NCBI GenBank assembly: GCA_965658995.1 | Contig: CBFHVI010000010.1 | Coordinates: 4,581-68,580, forward strand | Origin: Flavobacteriales bacterium | GTDB taxonomy: Bacteria; Bacteroidota; Bacteroidia; Flavobacteriales_D; CAJJDF01 | Direction of reading: 5' to 3' | DNA length: 64,000 nt | Shown: in pieces, positions 41,054-49,995 of the stretch | How positions within the stretch are numbered: the first letter of the stretch is position 1 | Layout: each line of letters starts with the position of its first letter | Made by a program: the position numbers and the translations under genes | The notes under the pieces: model-generated | Told to the model about the DNA's origin: nothing | Seen by the model: the letters and a program-made list of their open reading frames with translations, nothing else | Database searches by the model: none

Positions 41054-41632
41054 ATGTTCACAGGAATTATAGAAGAATTAGCAGAGGTAGTAGCCGTTAC
41101 TCCCAAAGGTGGAAATGTAGATTTAACAGTAAAATCGAACCTTACCAAAGAACTAAAGATAGACCAAAGTGTAGCTCACAATGGAGTGTGCCTCACTGTG
41201 GTAGAAATAGAAAACGATACGTACACCGTGACTGCTATCGAAGAAACACTAAATCGAACCAATATCGGGCAACTAAAATCGGGTGATTTTATTAATCTTG
41301 AACGTTGTACACAAATTGGCGCAAGGCTCGATGGACACATTGTACAAGGCCATGTAGACACACTGGGTAATTGCACCAAAATTGTTGAGTTGGACGGAAG
41401 CTGGGAGTATTATTTTACTTACAATTCGGATGATGTAACGGTAGAAAAAGGGTCTATTACCGTAAACGGAACAAGCCTTACCGTGTGCGAATCGGGAGAG
41501 AATAATTTCTCTGTGGCTATTATTCCTTACACATACAACAATACCTTTTTCAAATACTTGAAAGTAGGCGACAAAGTAAACCTAGAATTTGATATCGTAG
41601 GGAAATACGTTGCGAAATTGATGAATCGATAA
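41054..41632 (+). CDS. ribE: riboflavin synthase alpha chain
   Basis: 192 aa; MFTGIIEE..., duplicated lumazine-binding halves (SVAHNGVCLTVVE / SITVNGTSLTV). Confidence 0.93.
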   Translation: MFTGIIEELAEVVAVTPKGGNVDLTVKSNLTKELKIDQSVAHNGVCLTVVEIENDTYTVTAIEETLNRTNIGQLKSGDFINLERCTQIGARLDGHIVQGHVDTLGNCTKIVELDGSWEYYFTYNSDDVTVEKGSITVNGTSLTVCESGENNFSVAIIPYTYNNTFFKYLKVGDKVNLEFDIVGKYVAKLMNR

Positions 41633-41653
41633 GTCGACCACCAAAAAAGTAAT

Positions 41654-41680
41654 GGGAGCATGGGTTAGCTCCCTTGTTTT
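41654..41680 (+). terminator. rho-independent terminator after ribE
   Basis: GGGAGC (41654-41659), 8-nt loop, GCTCCC (41668-41673), then TTGTTTT. Confidence 0.7.
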
Positions 41681-41747
41681 ATTTCTTTATGAATTTACTC
41701 ACTAACTTTTAGCTTTGTAACAAACCTTTTATTTATTCATGTTCTTT

Positions 41748-41775
41748 CGATTTAGCGATGAAATCGTTATTTTTT
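41748..41775 (+). terminator. second terminator-like hairpin in the long intergenic region
   Basis: CGATTT, loop AGCGATG, AAATCG, then TTATTTTTT. Confidence 0.4.
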
Positions 41776-42247
41776 ATATTCTTTGTTGAAAACAGTAAGT
41801 ATCTCTTTCAATAGGTATAAATCCACATCAACATAAATCTAAATCTCTACTGTTCAAATTCAAGGAATAGAGTTTCGAGATTAAGAACGAGTGCTTAAGT
41901 TGGACTCTTATTTCATTTCCAACTAGGTACAAACATCAAAATAAAACAAAATGGTCACCTGGGTACATAGTAGAATTTAGATCATGGAAACCAAGCTTTT
42001 TAGAGTTGTTTTATAATGGTGAAAAGAGTCAAAATCCACCACAATTCTCAGTTCTATTTCACTTTCTCAACTCGCTCAAAAAGAATCAATTGAAAATTTA
42101 CTTTTATTTAAATGCAGGTTTAAAGGCTTGAGATGCAGGTCGCACCCTTTGTGAATAAAAAGGGGAGTTCTTATTTTCACTCCAACGAAAAATCTCCCAT
42201 TGTCATATTTCCTAATTAATCCTATCTTAGTATCCTAAACCAACCCT

Positions 42248-45200
42248 ATGGCTCAAGGAAAAAAATTTGGAACATTTGCTGGTGTATTTACTCCCTCCAT
42301 CCTCACGATTTTGGGGGTAATCATGTACATGCGTTTGAGTTGGGTAGTGGGAAATGCTGGGCTAGGTTTGGCAATTGCCATCATACTTATTGCTCACGTA
42401 GTGTCTATTTCCACCGGGCTCAGTGTCTCGTCTGTCGCTACCGACAGAAAAATAAAAGCAGGTGGAATTTATTACATGCTATCAAGGAGTCTGGGGTTGC
42501 CAATTGGAGGTTCCATCGGAATTACCCTGTTTGTGGCAACTGCCCTAAGTATTGCTCTCTATTTAATTGGTTTTGCTGAGAGTGCTTTGGTGGTTCTCCA
42601 AGAACCCTTGGGTCTTCAAGAAGTGGGCATCAATCACATCAGGTTGTTTGGGTCTATTGCGCTGTTCCTTATTGTTACGCTTGCCTATATCAGTACCAGT
42701 ATCGCTATCAAGTCTCAGTTTTTTATTCTCGGTGCCATTATTTTGTCTGTTCTTTCCATTTTGTTGGGAACGCAAGAGGGAAAGACCTTTGATGTGTCTC
42801 GGACAGGAGAAATAGAATCTAGTTTTTTTGTGTTATTTGGAATATTTTTCCCAGCAGTTACTGGATTTACAGCGGGCGTTGCCATGTCGGGCGATTTAAA
42901 AGATCCAAAAAGATCTATTCCTTGGGGAACGATGTTGGCCGTTGGTGTAGGGCTTTTGGTATATCTTGGGTTGGCGGTTTTTATTTATTATTCCATTGAT
43001 TTAGATATCCTAATTTCCGATAAAAACGCCTTAATAAAATTTGGATTTGTTCCCGTGTTAGTCATTGCAGGAATTTGGGGAGCAACGCTTTCTTCTGCCT
43101 TGGGTGGAATATTGGGAGCACCTAGGATTTTACAAGCAATGTCTGTTGATAGCATAACGCCAAAATTGTTTGCCAAAGGAAAAGGGGAGGACAACGAACC
43201 AAGAAATGCACTCATTCTCACTTTCTTAATTGCGGAAGCAGGAATATTAATTGGAGAATTAGATGTTATTGCTGAGGTGGTTGCTATGTTTTACCTTTCG
43301 GCTTATTTGTTTATCAATGTTTCGTGTTTTTTGGAGCAGTGGGCGAGTCCAGATTTCAGGCCGAGTTTCAAGATTCCGTTACCTGTTTCGTTAGTCGGTG
43401 CCATTGTGACTTTTGTTCTCATGATTCAGCTCAATCTTCTTGCTGCAGTAGTGGCAATTTTGGTGATGATGTTAATCTTTATTTGGCTCACAAGGAAACA
43501 ATTGGTCTTAGGTTCGGGAGATGTATGGCAAAGCGTTTGGTCTTCTATCGTGAAAGTGGGCTTGAAGAATTTGGATAAGAAATCGACTCACAAAAGAAAT
43601 TGGAACCCAAATATTTTGCTGTTTAGTGGAGGAACTTCCACACGGAATAAATTAATTGAGTTCAGTAAAACAGTAGCTGGAGCCAAGGGGATGATTTCGA
43701 ATTTTGATTTGATTGAAAATAAAACTGCCCAAGTCTTATTCCCAAAACACAAACAATCCATCAAAGACGAGGAGTTGTTTAGCCAAGGGATTTTTGCACG
43801 AAAACAAGAATGTAAAGATGTGTATGAAGGAATAGAAGTGATATCTAGTACTTACGGGTTTTCGGGAGTAGAACCCAATACCATCCTAATGAGTTGGGAG
43901 CAAAGTTCGGATGAGCCCACAAGATTTGCAAAGCTAACCAATAAACTGTGTCAGCTCGACTACAACGTGTTGTACCTCGACTATGACCAACAAAGAGGAT
44001 TTGGAAGAAAAAAATCAATTGATATTTGGTGGAATGATTTTAGCAACACAACGGAACTTACCTTGAATCTTGCCAAATTCATGAATACTTCCATGGACTG
44101 GAGGCATGCAGAAATACGAGTGTTGTACGTAAATGACAACAATGACCACAAGCCCCAGCTGGAAGAAGTAATAGATGAATTATTGGCTAACTACCGAATA
44201 ACTGCCAAATCAAAAATCATTAATAATGAAATAGAAAACAAAGATCTCTACGAAATAATGAAAGTAGAGTCTTATCAATCAGATTTGGTGATTGTGGGAA
44301 TACCCGATGAGTTGGAAAATGAATCGGATTTTGTACGAAATACCGATGAACTTGTGGGTATATTGGGAACTACACTATTGGTTCGAGCTTCTTCCCATTT
44401 CGAAAAAACTGAGGTAGTGCTCACCACCGAAACGGAAATAGGTTTGCCGACCGTAACAGAAGAAGAGGAAGAAGAATTGGAATTGTCGCAAGAATTTTAT
44501 GCGTACCCGCTTTTGAATAACCTATTTGTCTTTAATGCAAGAAACACGACTCATTTAACCGAAACAGTGTTTTCGAAAGTATACGCGAATTACCAGTTTT
44601 TGCTAGATGAAATGGAGCGATTGCTGATTGAGAACGGAGAGAACTTGACCAAGCAGTTTTCTTCTAATAAGGATCAAAACAAAGAAGCTCTGAATCTTTC
44701 CTTTATTGAGTATGTTCAAGGAATGTCTCAGCACTTAAATCGGTACAATTCGGAGTTTTTGCCAAAGACAGAAAACAGTTTTTATTCTGGTATTGAAATG
44801 ATTTTGATTCAAAATGAAACCTATTTGTCGCGTCTTCCAAAACGATTAAAACGGGTGATTCAGGAAGAAGACTTGGCAATACAAGCCACTGATTCGAAAG
44901 CTGAAAAAAGGGCAAAGAAATGGTTGAGATTTATAAATAATAGGCTAGGATTGAGGCCCAAACGGTCGGTAAATTACCGGGAAAATGTCACGTATTATTA
45001 TCAAAATTTTTACCTGAAAGCATTTATGAATACCTTGATGAAATCAGGGATATTTGTCTACCAAAACACTACGCTTATCAATGAAATAGCGGATGAGATT
45101 AAAAATAAATATTCTGAACTGCGGCAAAAGCAACACATGAGCAAAGAGGGGATTCAATCCATGATAAACCAAATGTCTGCTGAGATTGCTTCTCAACGAA

Positions 45201-47326
45201 ATCAGTTGGAATGCAACTACAAAGAGTTACTCATTCATTTTGGTAAAATGAACAAGGATTACGTGTACTCGTTGAGCAAAAAACTGGAACTGGTCTCGAT
45301 AAACGCGGAAGTGGAAGAAGCTATCGAAGAAAAAGGAACACGGCAATTCAAGAAACAAGTGAAAGAATTGAAAGCGTATCCTAGTTTTTTTGTGAGAAAC
45401 AATAGGTTGATTCACAACGCGATACTTCTTGATATTTCGCTCCATGAGATTCATCCAGAAATAGACTCGGTTATTCGTGAGACTATTTCCTCTATCAGTC
45501 GATTGAGCATAAAACCTGAGCTAAATAAGGTGAAACAATTAAAAGAAATTGATAAATCTTTGGTAGAGAATGATGGCCTAACCAAAATGGAATTGATCCG
45601 TTACCTCAATCGTTTGCCCCTGTTTTCTTTTGATATAGAAGAGTTAATCAACACCACTATTCGCAAGGTAGAAAAGATTGTGTACAAACTAAAAAGCTCA
45701 CTCGAAATTATGGACATTGATTCGGTCAATAATTTGAACGAGGAGCAGCAGTCTGGGGTAAAAACCAATACTATTCAGTTGCAACGATTGATTCTGTTCT
45801 CGGTGGAAAACAAACTGATAAAAGCCCTAAACTCGGAGACAGATACGCTCGAAAAAGAATTGAATGATTTGATTACTCAATTCAAAAACAAAACGCTGAC
45901 GATTGAAACCATTGATTTTGAAAAAGAGCAAGAAACGGCTAAAGAAATTAGAAGTGAATTACTAAAATCTAGCCTACGGCTTGAAGACGATATCGAGACT
46001 CGATTCAAGAAATATATCTCTAAAATAAATGACGAACTGGAGGAGACTTACAAATTATTGGATTACGATTTTATCGCTGGAAATAGCGCGGTAATCAATC
46101 AATACATTAACAAAACTGGTGTAGCCACGTCTCGTTTTAAACGAGTATTCAATCAAACCAAAAGAGAAATAAAAAAGCGAATTTCACAAACCTTATCTTT
46201 TGTAGATCAGCAAAGAGATGAATACTTGGTAACCGAGTACAAACTGAAAAACAAAGGGATTGAGAACCTGAGTTCGGTGGTTTCAGGGTTTGTAGAGAAA
46301 GTGAAGATGCCAAAATCTACCAAAGAAAAACTTCCGTTTTTTTACAAAAAACTGTTCTTAGGAGGTCATTCTTCCCCGGTAAAAATAGAACACCGAGAGG
46401 ACGAAATTGAGCAAGCCAATACTGCTATTCGATTGTTGAACAGAAAGTCAGGTGGAGCTATTCTGATTCTAGGAGAGCAACTTTCTGGAAAAAAATATTT
46501 TTCTGATTACTTGGCATCTCGAATGTTGAAAAGAACGGTGGTGACCATTGATCCCATTATTGAAAATCGATCTGTTTTGGATTCTTTTAGAAAAACTGTT
46601 TCCAATGCATTTGGGAATGAGTTGTCGTTGGAAGAAAATCTAAAACACCACAAAGCCTCTACCATTGTGCTCAACAATATTGAGAAATGGGGAGTGAATA
46701 CCGAGGTGATTTTACTTATCAAGAAAGCGGTAGAACAGTTTGGAAAAAAACATCATTTTATTTTGACAAGCTCCACCACATTTTACAACTATCAGCAACC
46801 AATTACTCACCTGGATAACTGTGTAATTTCCTCTATTTTGCTCTTACCCATCCGCAAGGAGGGATTTGTTGAAACGCTTCGCTTAAAACACCAAGCGGGA
46901 GGAATGAAATATATCCTCAACGGCAAGAGAGAAGTGGATTTGACGGATAGAAAACAAGAGTATTTGTATCAAAAATATCACTCGGTGTACAAGGGCAATT
47001 TAGGTCGAGCCTTTTCTGGATGGATCAATAATATAGAATCTATTGACGGGAATGAACTCGTCATAAGAGAGCCAAAAAATGTTTTCTTTCCCGATATTTC
47101 AAATCCAGAATGGATGGTCATGCTGAAGGCATTTGCACTGTTCAAAGAGGTGAGTAAAAAAGATTTTACTACGTTGTTGTCGAGTGATTTTAATTTTCAA
47201 TCGGTCTTGAGTCAAATGAAACGAATTCGACTAATTCAAGAAACAAAAAGTAACGTATTTGAACTTTCGGACGAAGCGTACTTTGCTGTAAAACACTATT
47301 TAAAAGACAAAAAAATAATCCAATAA
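42248..47326 (+). CDS. giant fusion protein: cation-chloride cotransporter (CCC/SLC12-like, APC superfamily) core plus about 960-aa coiled-coil and degenerate P-loop NTPase-like C-terminal extension
   Basis: 1692 aa. Residues 1 to about 460: KFGTFAGVFTPSILTILGVIMYMRLSWVVGNAGL and a 12-TM permease. Residues about 460-720: CCC cytoplasmic domain motifs NWNPNILLFSGG and SIDIWWNDFSNTTELTLNLAKF...WRHAEIRVLYV. Acidic linker TEEEEEELEL (about nt 44457-44490). Then a long helical K/E/N-rich region. The tail has REDEIEQ...GGAILILGEQLSGKKYF (Walker-A-like) and STIVLNNIEKW (Walker-B-like). Confidence 0.8.
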   Translation: MAQGKKFGTFAGVFTPSILTILGVIMYMRLSWVVGNAGLGLAIAIILIAHVVSISTGLSVSSVATDRKIKAGGIYYMLSRSLGLPIGGSIGITLFVATALSIALYLIGFAESALVVLQEPLGLQEVGINHIRLFGSIALFLIVTLAYISTSIAIKSQFFILGAIILSVLSILLGTQEGKTFDVSRTGEIESSFFVLFGIFFPAVTGFTAGVAMSGDLKDPKRSIPWGTMLAVGVGLLVYLGLAVFIYYSIDLDILISDKNALIKFGFVPVLVIAGIWGATLSSALGGILGAPRILQAMSVDSITPKLFAKGKGEDNEPRNALILTFLIAEAGILIGELDVIAEVVAMFYLSAYLFINVSCFLEQWASPDFRPSFKIPLPVSLVGAIVTFVLMIQLNLLAAVVAILVMMLIFIWLTRKQLVLGSGDVWQSVWSSIVKVGLKNLDKKSTHKRNWNPNILLFSGGTSTRNKLIEFSKTVAGAKGMISNFDLIENKTAQVLFPKHKQSIKDEELFSQGIFARKQECKDVYEGIEVISSTYGFSGVEPNTILMSWEQSSDEPTRFAKLTNKLCQLDYNVLYLDYDQQRGFGRKKSIDIWWNDFSNTTELTLNLAKFMNTSMDWRHAEIRVLYVNDNNDHKPQLEEVIDELLANYRITAKSKIINNEIENKDLYEIMKVESYQSDLVIVGIPDELENESDFVRNTDELVGILGTTLLVRASSHFEKTEVVLTTETEIGLPTVTEEEEEELELSQEFYAYPLLNNLFVFNARNTTHLTETVFSKVYANYQFLLDEMERLLIENGENLTKQFSSNKDQNKEALNLSFIEYVQGMSQHLNRYNSEFLPKTENSFYSGIEMILIQNETYLSRLPKRLKRVIQEEDLAIQATDSKAEKRAKKWLRFINNRLGLRPKRSVNYRENVTYYYQNFYLKAFMNTLMKSGIFVYQNTTLINEIADEIKNKYSELRQKQHMSKEGIQSMINQMSAEIASQRNQLECNYKELLIHFGKMNKDYVYSLSKKLELVSINAEVEEAIEEKGTRQFKKQVKELKAYPSFFVRNNRLIHNAILLDISLHEIHPEIDSVIRETISSISRLSIKPELNKVKQLKEIDKSLVENDGLTKMELIRYLNRLPLFSFDIEELINTTIRKVEKIVYKLKSSLEIMDIDSVNNLNEEQQSGVKTNTIQLQRLILFSVENKLIKALNSETDTLEKELNDLITQFKNKTLTIETIDFEKEQETAKEIRSELLKSSLRLEDDIETRFKKYISKINDELEETYKLLDYDFIAGNSAVINQYINKTGVATSRFKRVFNQTKREIKKRISQTLSFVDQQRDEYLVTEYKLKNKGIENLSSVVSGFVEKVKMPKSTKEKLPFFYKKLFLGGHSSPVKIEHREDEIEQANTAIRLLNRKSGGAILILGEQLSGKKYFSDYLASRMLKRTVVTIDPIIENRSVLDSFRKTVSNAFGNELSLEENLKHHKASTIVLNNIEKWGVNTEVILLIKKAVEQFGKKHHFILTSSTTFYNYQQPITHLDNCVISSILLLPIRKEGFVETLRLKHQAGGMKYILNGKREVDLTDRKQEYLYQKYHSVYKGNLGRAFSGWINNIESIDGNELVIREPKNVFFPDISNPEWMVMLKAFALFKEVSKKDFTTLLSSDFNFQSVLSQMKRIRLIQETKSNVFELSDEAYFAVKHYLKDKKIIQ

Positions 47327-48051
47327 TGAACGATTTTTTCACTATCGATTTATCACTCATCTCCATTTTTTCCTTAGTAGGAATGGGAGTTTTGGGAGTG
47401 GTAATTTATTTCCTCACTTGGTTTATCCAGCAGTATGGGTTGATTTTATTGGTAAAATCTCCCGTAAAAAGAAAACGAGTCAGTTCACTTCTACCAGCTG
47501 TATTTACCATTGGATGGATAGTGTTTGGGTTGTATTGTTTTTATACCTTGATTGTACCGTTTCCATTTATGGGGATTATTTTGTCAGCCGTCTTTATCTA
47601 TCTAGGCAAAGGATATTTTGTCAATTTAATCCACGGATTATTCTTCCGACTCAAAGGAGACATCTCTATCGGGCAAAAAATTGCCATGAAAAATTATGCT
47701 GGCGAAGTAGTAGAGCTAAATACCTTTGATGTGGCGATTCAGAACGAAGAAGGAGAAATAATTCTAATTCCCTACAGCAATATGGCGAGTATGGAGATTG
47801 TGAAAAAGGATTTTTCGGCAGATTTCTCTTCTCATAAATTTGTGATTACAACTAGTAGCTCAATCAATGAATCAACTCTTAAGAATTCTCTGCTCTCTCA
47901 GCCCTGGGTGTCTTCGGTTATTTTACCCAAAATAACTCGCCTCAAAGAGGAGGACGAAACCATTACCTATTCGGTTTTGGCTTACCCCATTGATGAGAAA
48001 TATAATTCTTTTGTAGAAAGAGATTTGAGATTAGCCTCGCGCTCTAGTTAA
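47326..48051 (+). CDS. small MscS-family mechanosensitive-channel-like protein
   Basis: 241 aa; three N-terminal TM helices, then [41 protein letters not shown], resembling the MscS beta-domain signature. The ATG overlaps the upstream TAA (TAATG). Confidence 0.7.
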   Translation: MNDFFTIDLSLISIFSLVGMGVLGVVIYFLTWFIQQYGLILLVKSPVKRKRVSSLLPAVFTIGWIVFGLYCFYTLIVPFPFMGIILSAVFIYLGKGYFVNLIHGLFFRLKGDISIGQKIAMKNYAGEVVELNTFDVAIQNEEGEIILIPYSNMASMEIVKKDFSADFSSHKFVITTSSSINESTLKNSLLSQPWVSSVILPKITRLKEEDETITYSVLAYPIDEKYNSFVERDLRLASRSS

Positions 48052-48908
48052 TCTAATATAGAACCCGTTACAAATAACAGAGCCAGCAGAGGAATGCCAA
48101 TTACCGCAGTATTTAGCACAGCGTAATAAAAGGGCGTTGGATTTTTGAATGCTACAGTTAGTACAACCAGTATGATAAAAAAAAGACCGATAGGGTAGTG
48201 GAAGGCTCTTTTTTGATTGATATCTCGGAAATATAAATCTTCGATTTGGTAGCCCAAATCAATATCAAAAATGAAAGTTGAGACTACTTCTATGTGGTCG
48301 CTCGTGTAAAAATAACCCGCCAATTCGCCCTGAACAAAGGCGGTATGTTCTTTTCCGTTTTTGTCTTTTGTGATAATTTCTGAAAGGATGTATCCCGGCT
48401 GGGCGGTACCAACTAACATTCCCTCTACTAAACTTATTCTGTTGGTTTCCAGGTATTCTACTGAGTTGTGTTGTGGATTTAGGTGAAAGTCAAGAAAGAG
48501 CAAAATGGAAAAAAGAAGTCCGAAAATAGCCACCACTGGAAAAGCTTTGTACACCCAAGATTTTTTCAGGTTTTCAAAATCTCTCAGGGCTTCCATTTCT
48601 TCTTGTTCCTCTTTTTTCTTTCGATATTCCGTTGTTTGCTTTTTTAATTGAGATAATTCCTCTCTTGTCATCCATCTATTGTGTCTGCGACTAAACACTT
48701 TTTCTTTTTGACTGGAGTAGGAGGCAGCGGCATTGCTTTCTTGATTGATCAAAACCTGATAAGCCTCTTTTATTTCGATAAATTTGTCGCTCGTATCTTT
48801 CTCATTGGTATCTGGATGGTACCGCAGAGCAAGTTTTCTGTAAGCTCTTTTAATCTCTTCGTCAGTTGCTCCCTCTGATAAGCCTAGTATGTGATAGTAA
48901 TTTTTCAA
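48048..48908 (-). CDS. J-domain (DnaJ-like) membrane protein
   Basis: 286 aa; [32 protein letters not shown] (HPD motif), charged linker, then several TM helices. Confidence 0.85.
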   Translation of the reverse strand: MKNYYHILGLSEGATDEEIKRAYRKLALRYHPDTNEKDTSDKFIEIKEAYQVLINQESNAAASYSSQKEKVFSRRHNRWMTREELSQLKKQTTEYRKKKEEQEEMEALRDFENLKKSWVYKAFPVVAIFGLLFSILLFLDFHLNPQHNSVEYLETNRISLVEGMLVGTAQPGYILSEIITKDKNGKEHTAFVQGELAGYFYTSDHIEVVSTFIFDIDLGYQIEDLYFRDINQKRAFHYPIGLFFIILVVLTVAFKNPTPFYYAVLNTAVIGIPLLALLFVTGSILD

Positions 48909-49251
48909 AAGTAACTTAGGAATAAGAATGTACAGTGAATGAAAAAAAGAGTTGTAATAAAGTCAAATTTAGTAAAAGAAATAGAACGATGAATCTGACA
49001 AGACATTTTTAGGTTAGTTGTAGAGGTAAATAGATTGATTTTTTTTACTGATACGAGAGCGAATGAGGTAGTAAAGATAGGCTGCAAGTGATTGTTAGGA
49101 TTAATGAATGTTGTACATTAGAGGAATAAAATTGGATGCGAAATCTCTTTCCTTCTCGAACGAATACGAGGGTTTGGCGGAGTGAATAGGAGAGAAAGTG
49201 TAAAACCATTTATTTTTTCTTCAAAAAAAGTAGAAATTCGGGAATATTTAT

Positions 49252-49259
49252 TAATTTTG
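49252..49259 (+). promoter_or_regulatory. candidate Bacteroidota -7 promoter box for yceD-rpmF-plsX
   Basis: TAATTTTG matches TAnnTTTG, 21 nt upstream of the ATG at 49280. Confidence 0.35.
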
Positions 49260-49279
49260 CAGTCCTTAAACCCTTAACT

Positions 49280-49783
49280 ATGGAAACGAAACATCAGTAC
49301 AAGATTCCTTTTGTTGGGCTAAAAGAAGGGAAACACAAGTTTGAGTTTTCCGCCGGGAAAGCGTTCTTTGAAGAGTATCAATATATATTAGTAGACAACG
49401 TAAGTTTGGAGGCTACAGTGGAGTTGGAGAAGCTATCGACCATGATGGTAATGGTAATCAAAACCGAGGCACATTACACCACTCAGTGTGATATGTGCGG
49501 AGACGATATCGAGTCCGTGGCAAACTCCGAAAATAAGTTGTTTATTAAGTTTGGCGAGGGTGAAAGCACAGATGAAAATATTCTGTTGTTGGATCAATCG
49601 GAGTATGAAATTGACGTTGCAGAATTGCTTTTCGAATTTTTTGTCACTTCAGTACCTGCCAAGCACAGACATCCAGCAGGTGAGTGTAACCAAGAAGTAT
49701 TGGCCAAGCTTGAGACCTACAAGGTGAATGGAACTCCCGAAGAAACCAACCCAATGTGGGATAAATTAAAAGAATTAAAATAA
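49280..49783 (+). CDS. yceD: YceD/DUF177 family protein
   Basis: 167 aa; position upstream of rpmF-plsX; CDMCGDD motif and acidic C-terminal half. Confidence 0.8.
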   Translation: METKHQYKIPFVGLKEGKHKFEFSAGKAFFEEYQYILVDNVSLEATVELEKLSTMMVMVIKTEAHYTTQCDMCGDDIESVANSENKLFIKFGEGESTDENILLLDQSEYEIDVAELLFEFFVTSVPAKHRHPAGECNQEVLAKLETYKVNGTPEETNPMWDKLKELK

Positions 49784-49795
49784 TAATACAATAAA

Positions 49796-49993
49796 ATGGC
49801 ACATCCAAAGAGAAGACAGTCAAAACAAAGACAGAGAAAGAGAAGGACGCATTACAAGGCTGCAAGTCAACAATTAACTCAATGTCCTACTACTGGAGAG
49901 TTTCACTTAACTCACAGAGCTTACTGGCACGAGGAAAAATTATACTGGAAAGGACAAGTCGTAATTGACAAAACTGAAATAGCTGAAGCTTAA
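49796..49993 (+). CDS. rpmF: 50S ribosomal protein bL32
   Basis: 65 aa; [22 protein letters not shown]. Confidence 0.92.
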   Translation: MAHPKRRQSKQRQRKRRTHYKAASQQLTQCPTTGEFHLTHRAYWHEEKLYWKGQVVIDKTEIAEA

Positions 49994-49995
49994 TT

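Noticed and set aside
42340-43578. Out-of-frame ORFs inside the transporter gene (42340-42579, 42567-42815, 43324-43578), plus 47418-47729 inside the MscS-like gene
   Set aside because: They are embedded in genes with strong family signatures in another frame. No independent support.
48905-49087. 60-aa minus-strand ORF in the J-domain/yceD intergenic region
   Set aside because: It is barely at the length threshold, has hydrophobic low-complexity content, and overlaps the J-domain gene start. It lies in a likely promoter region.
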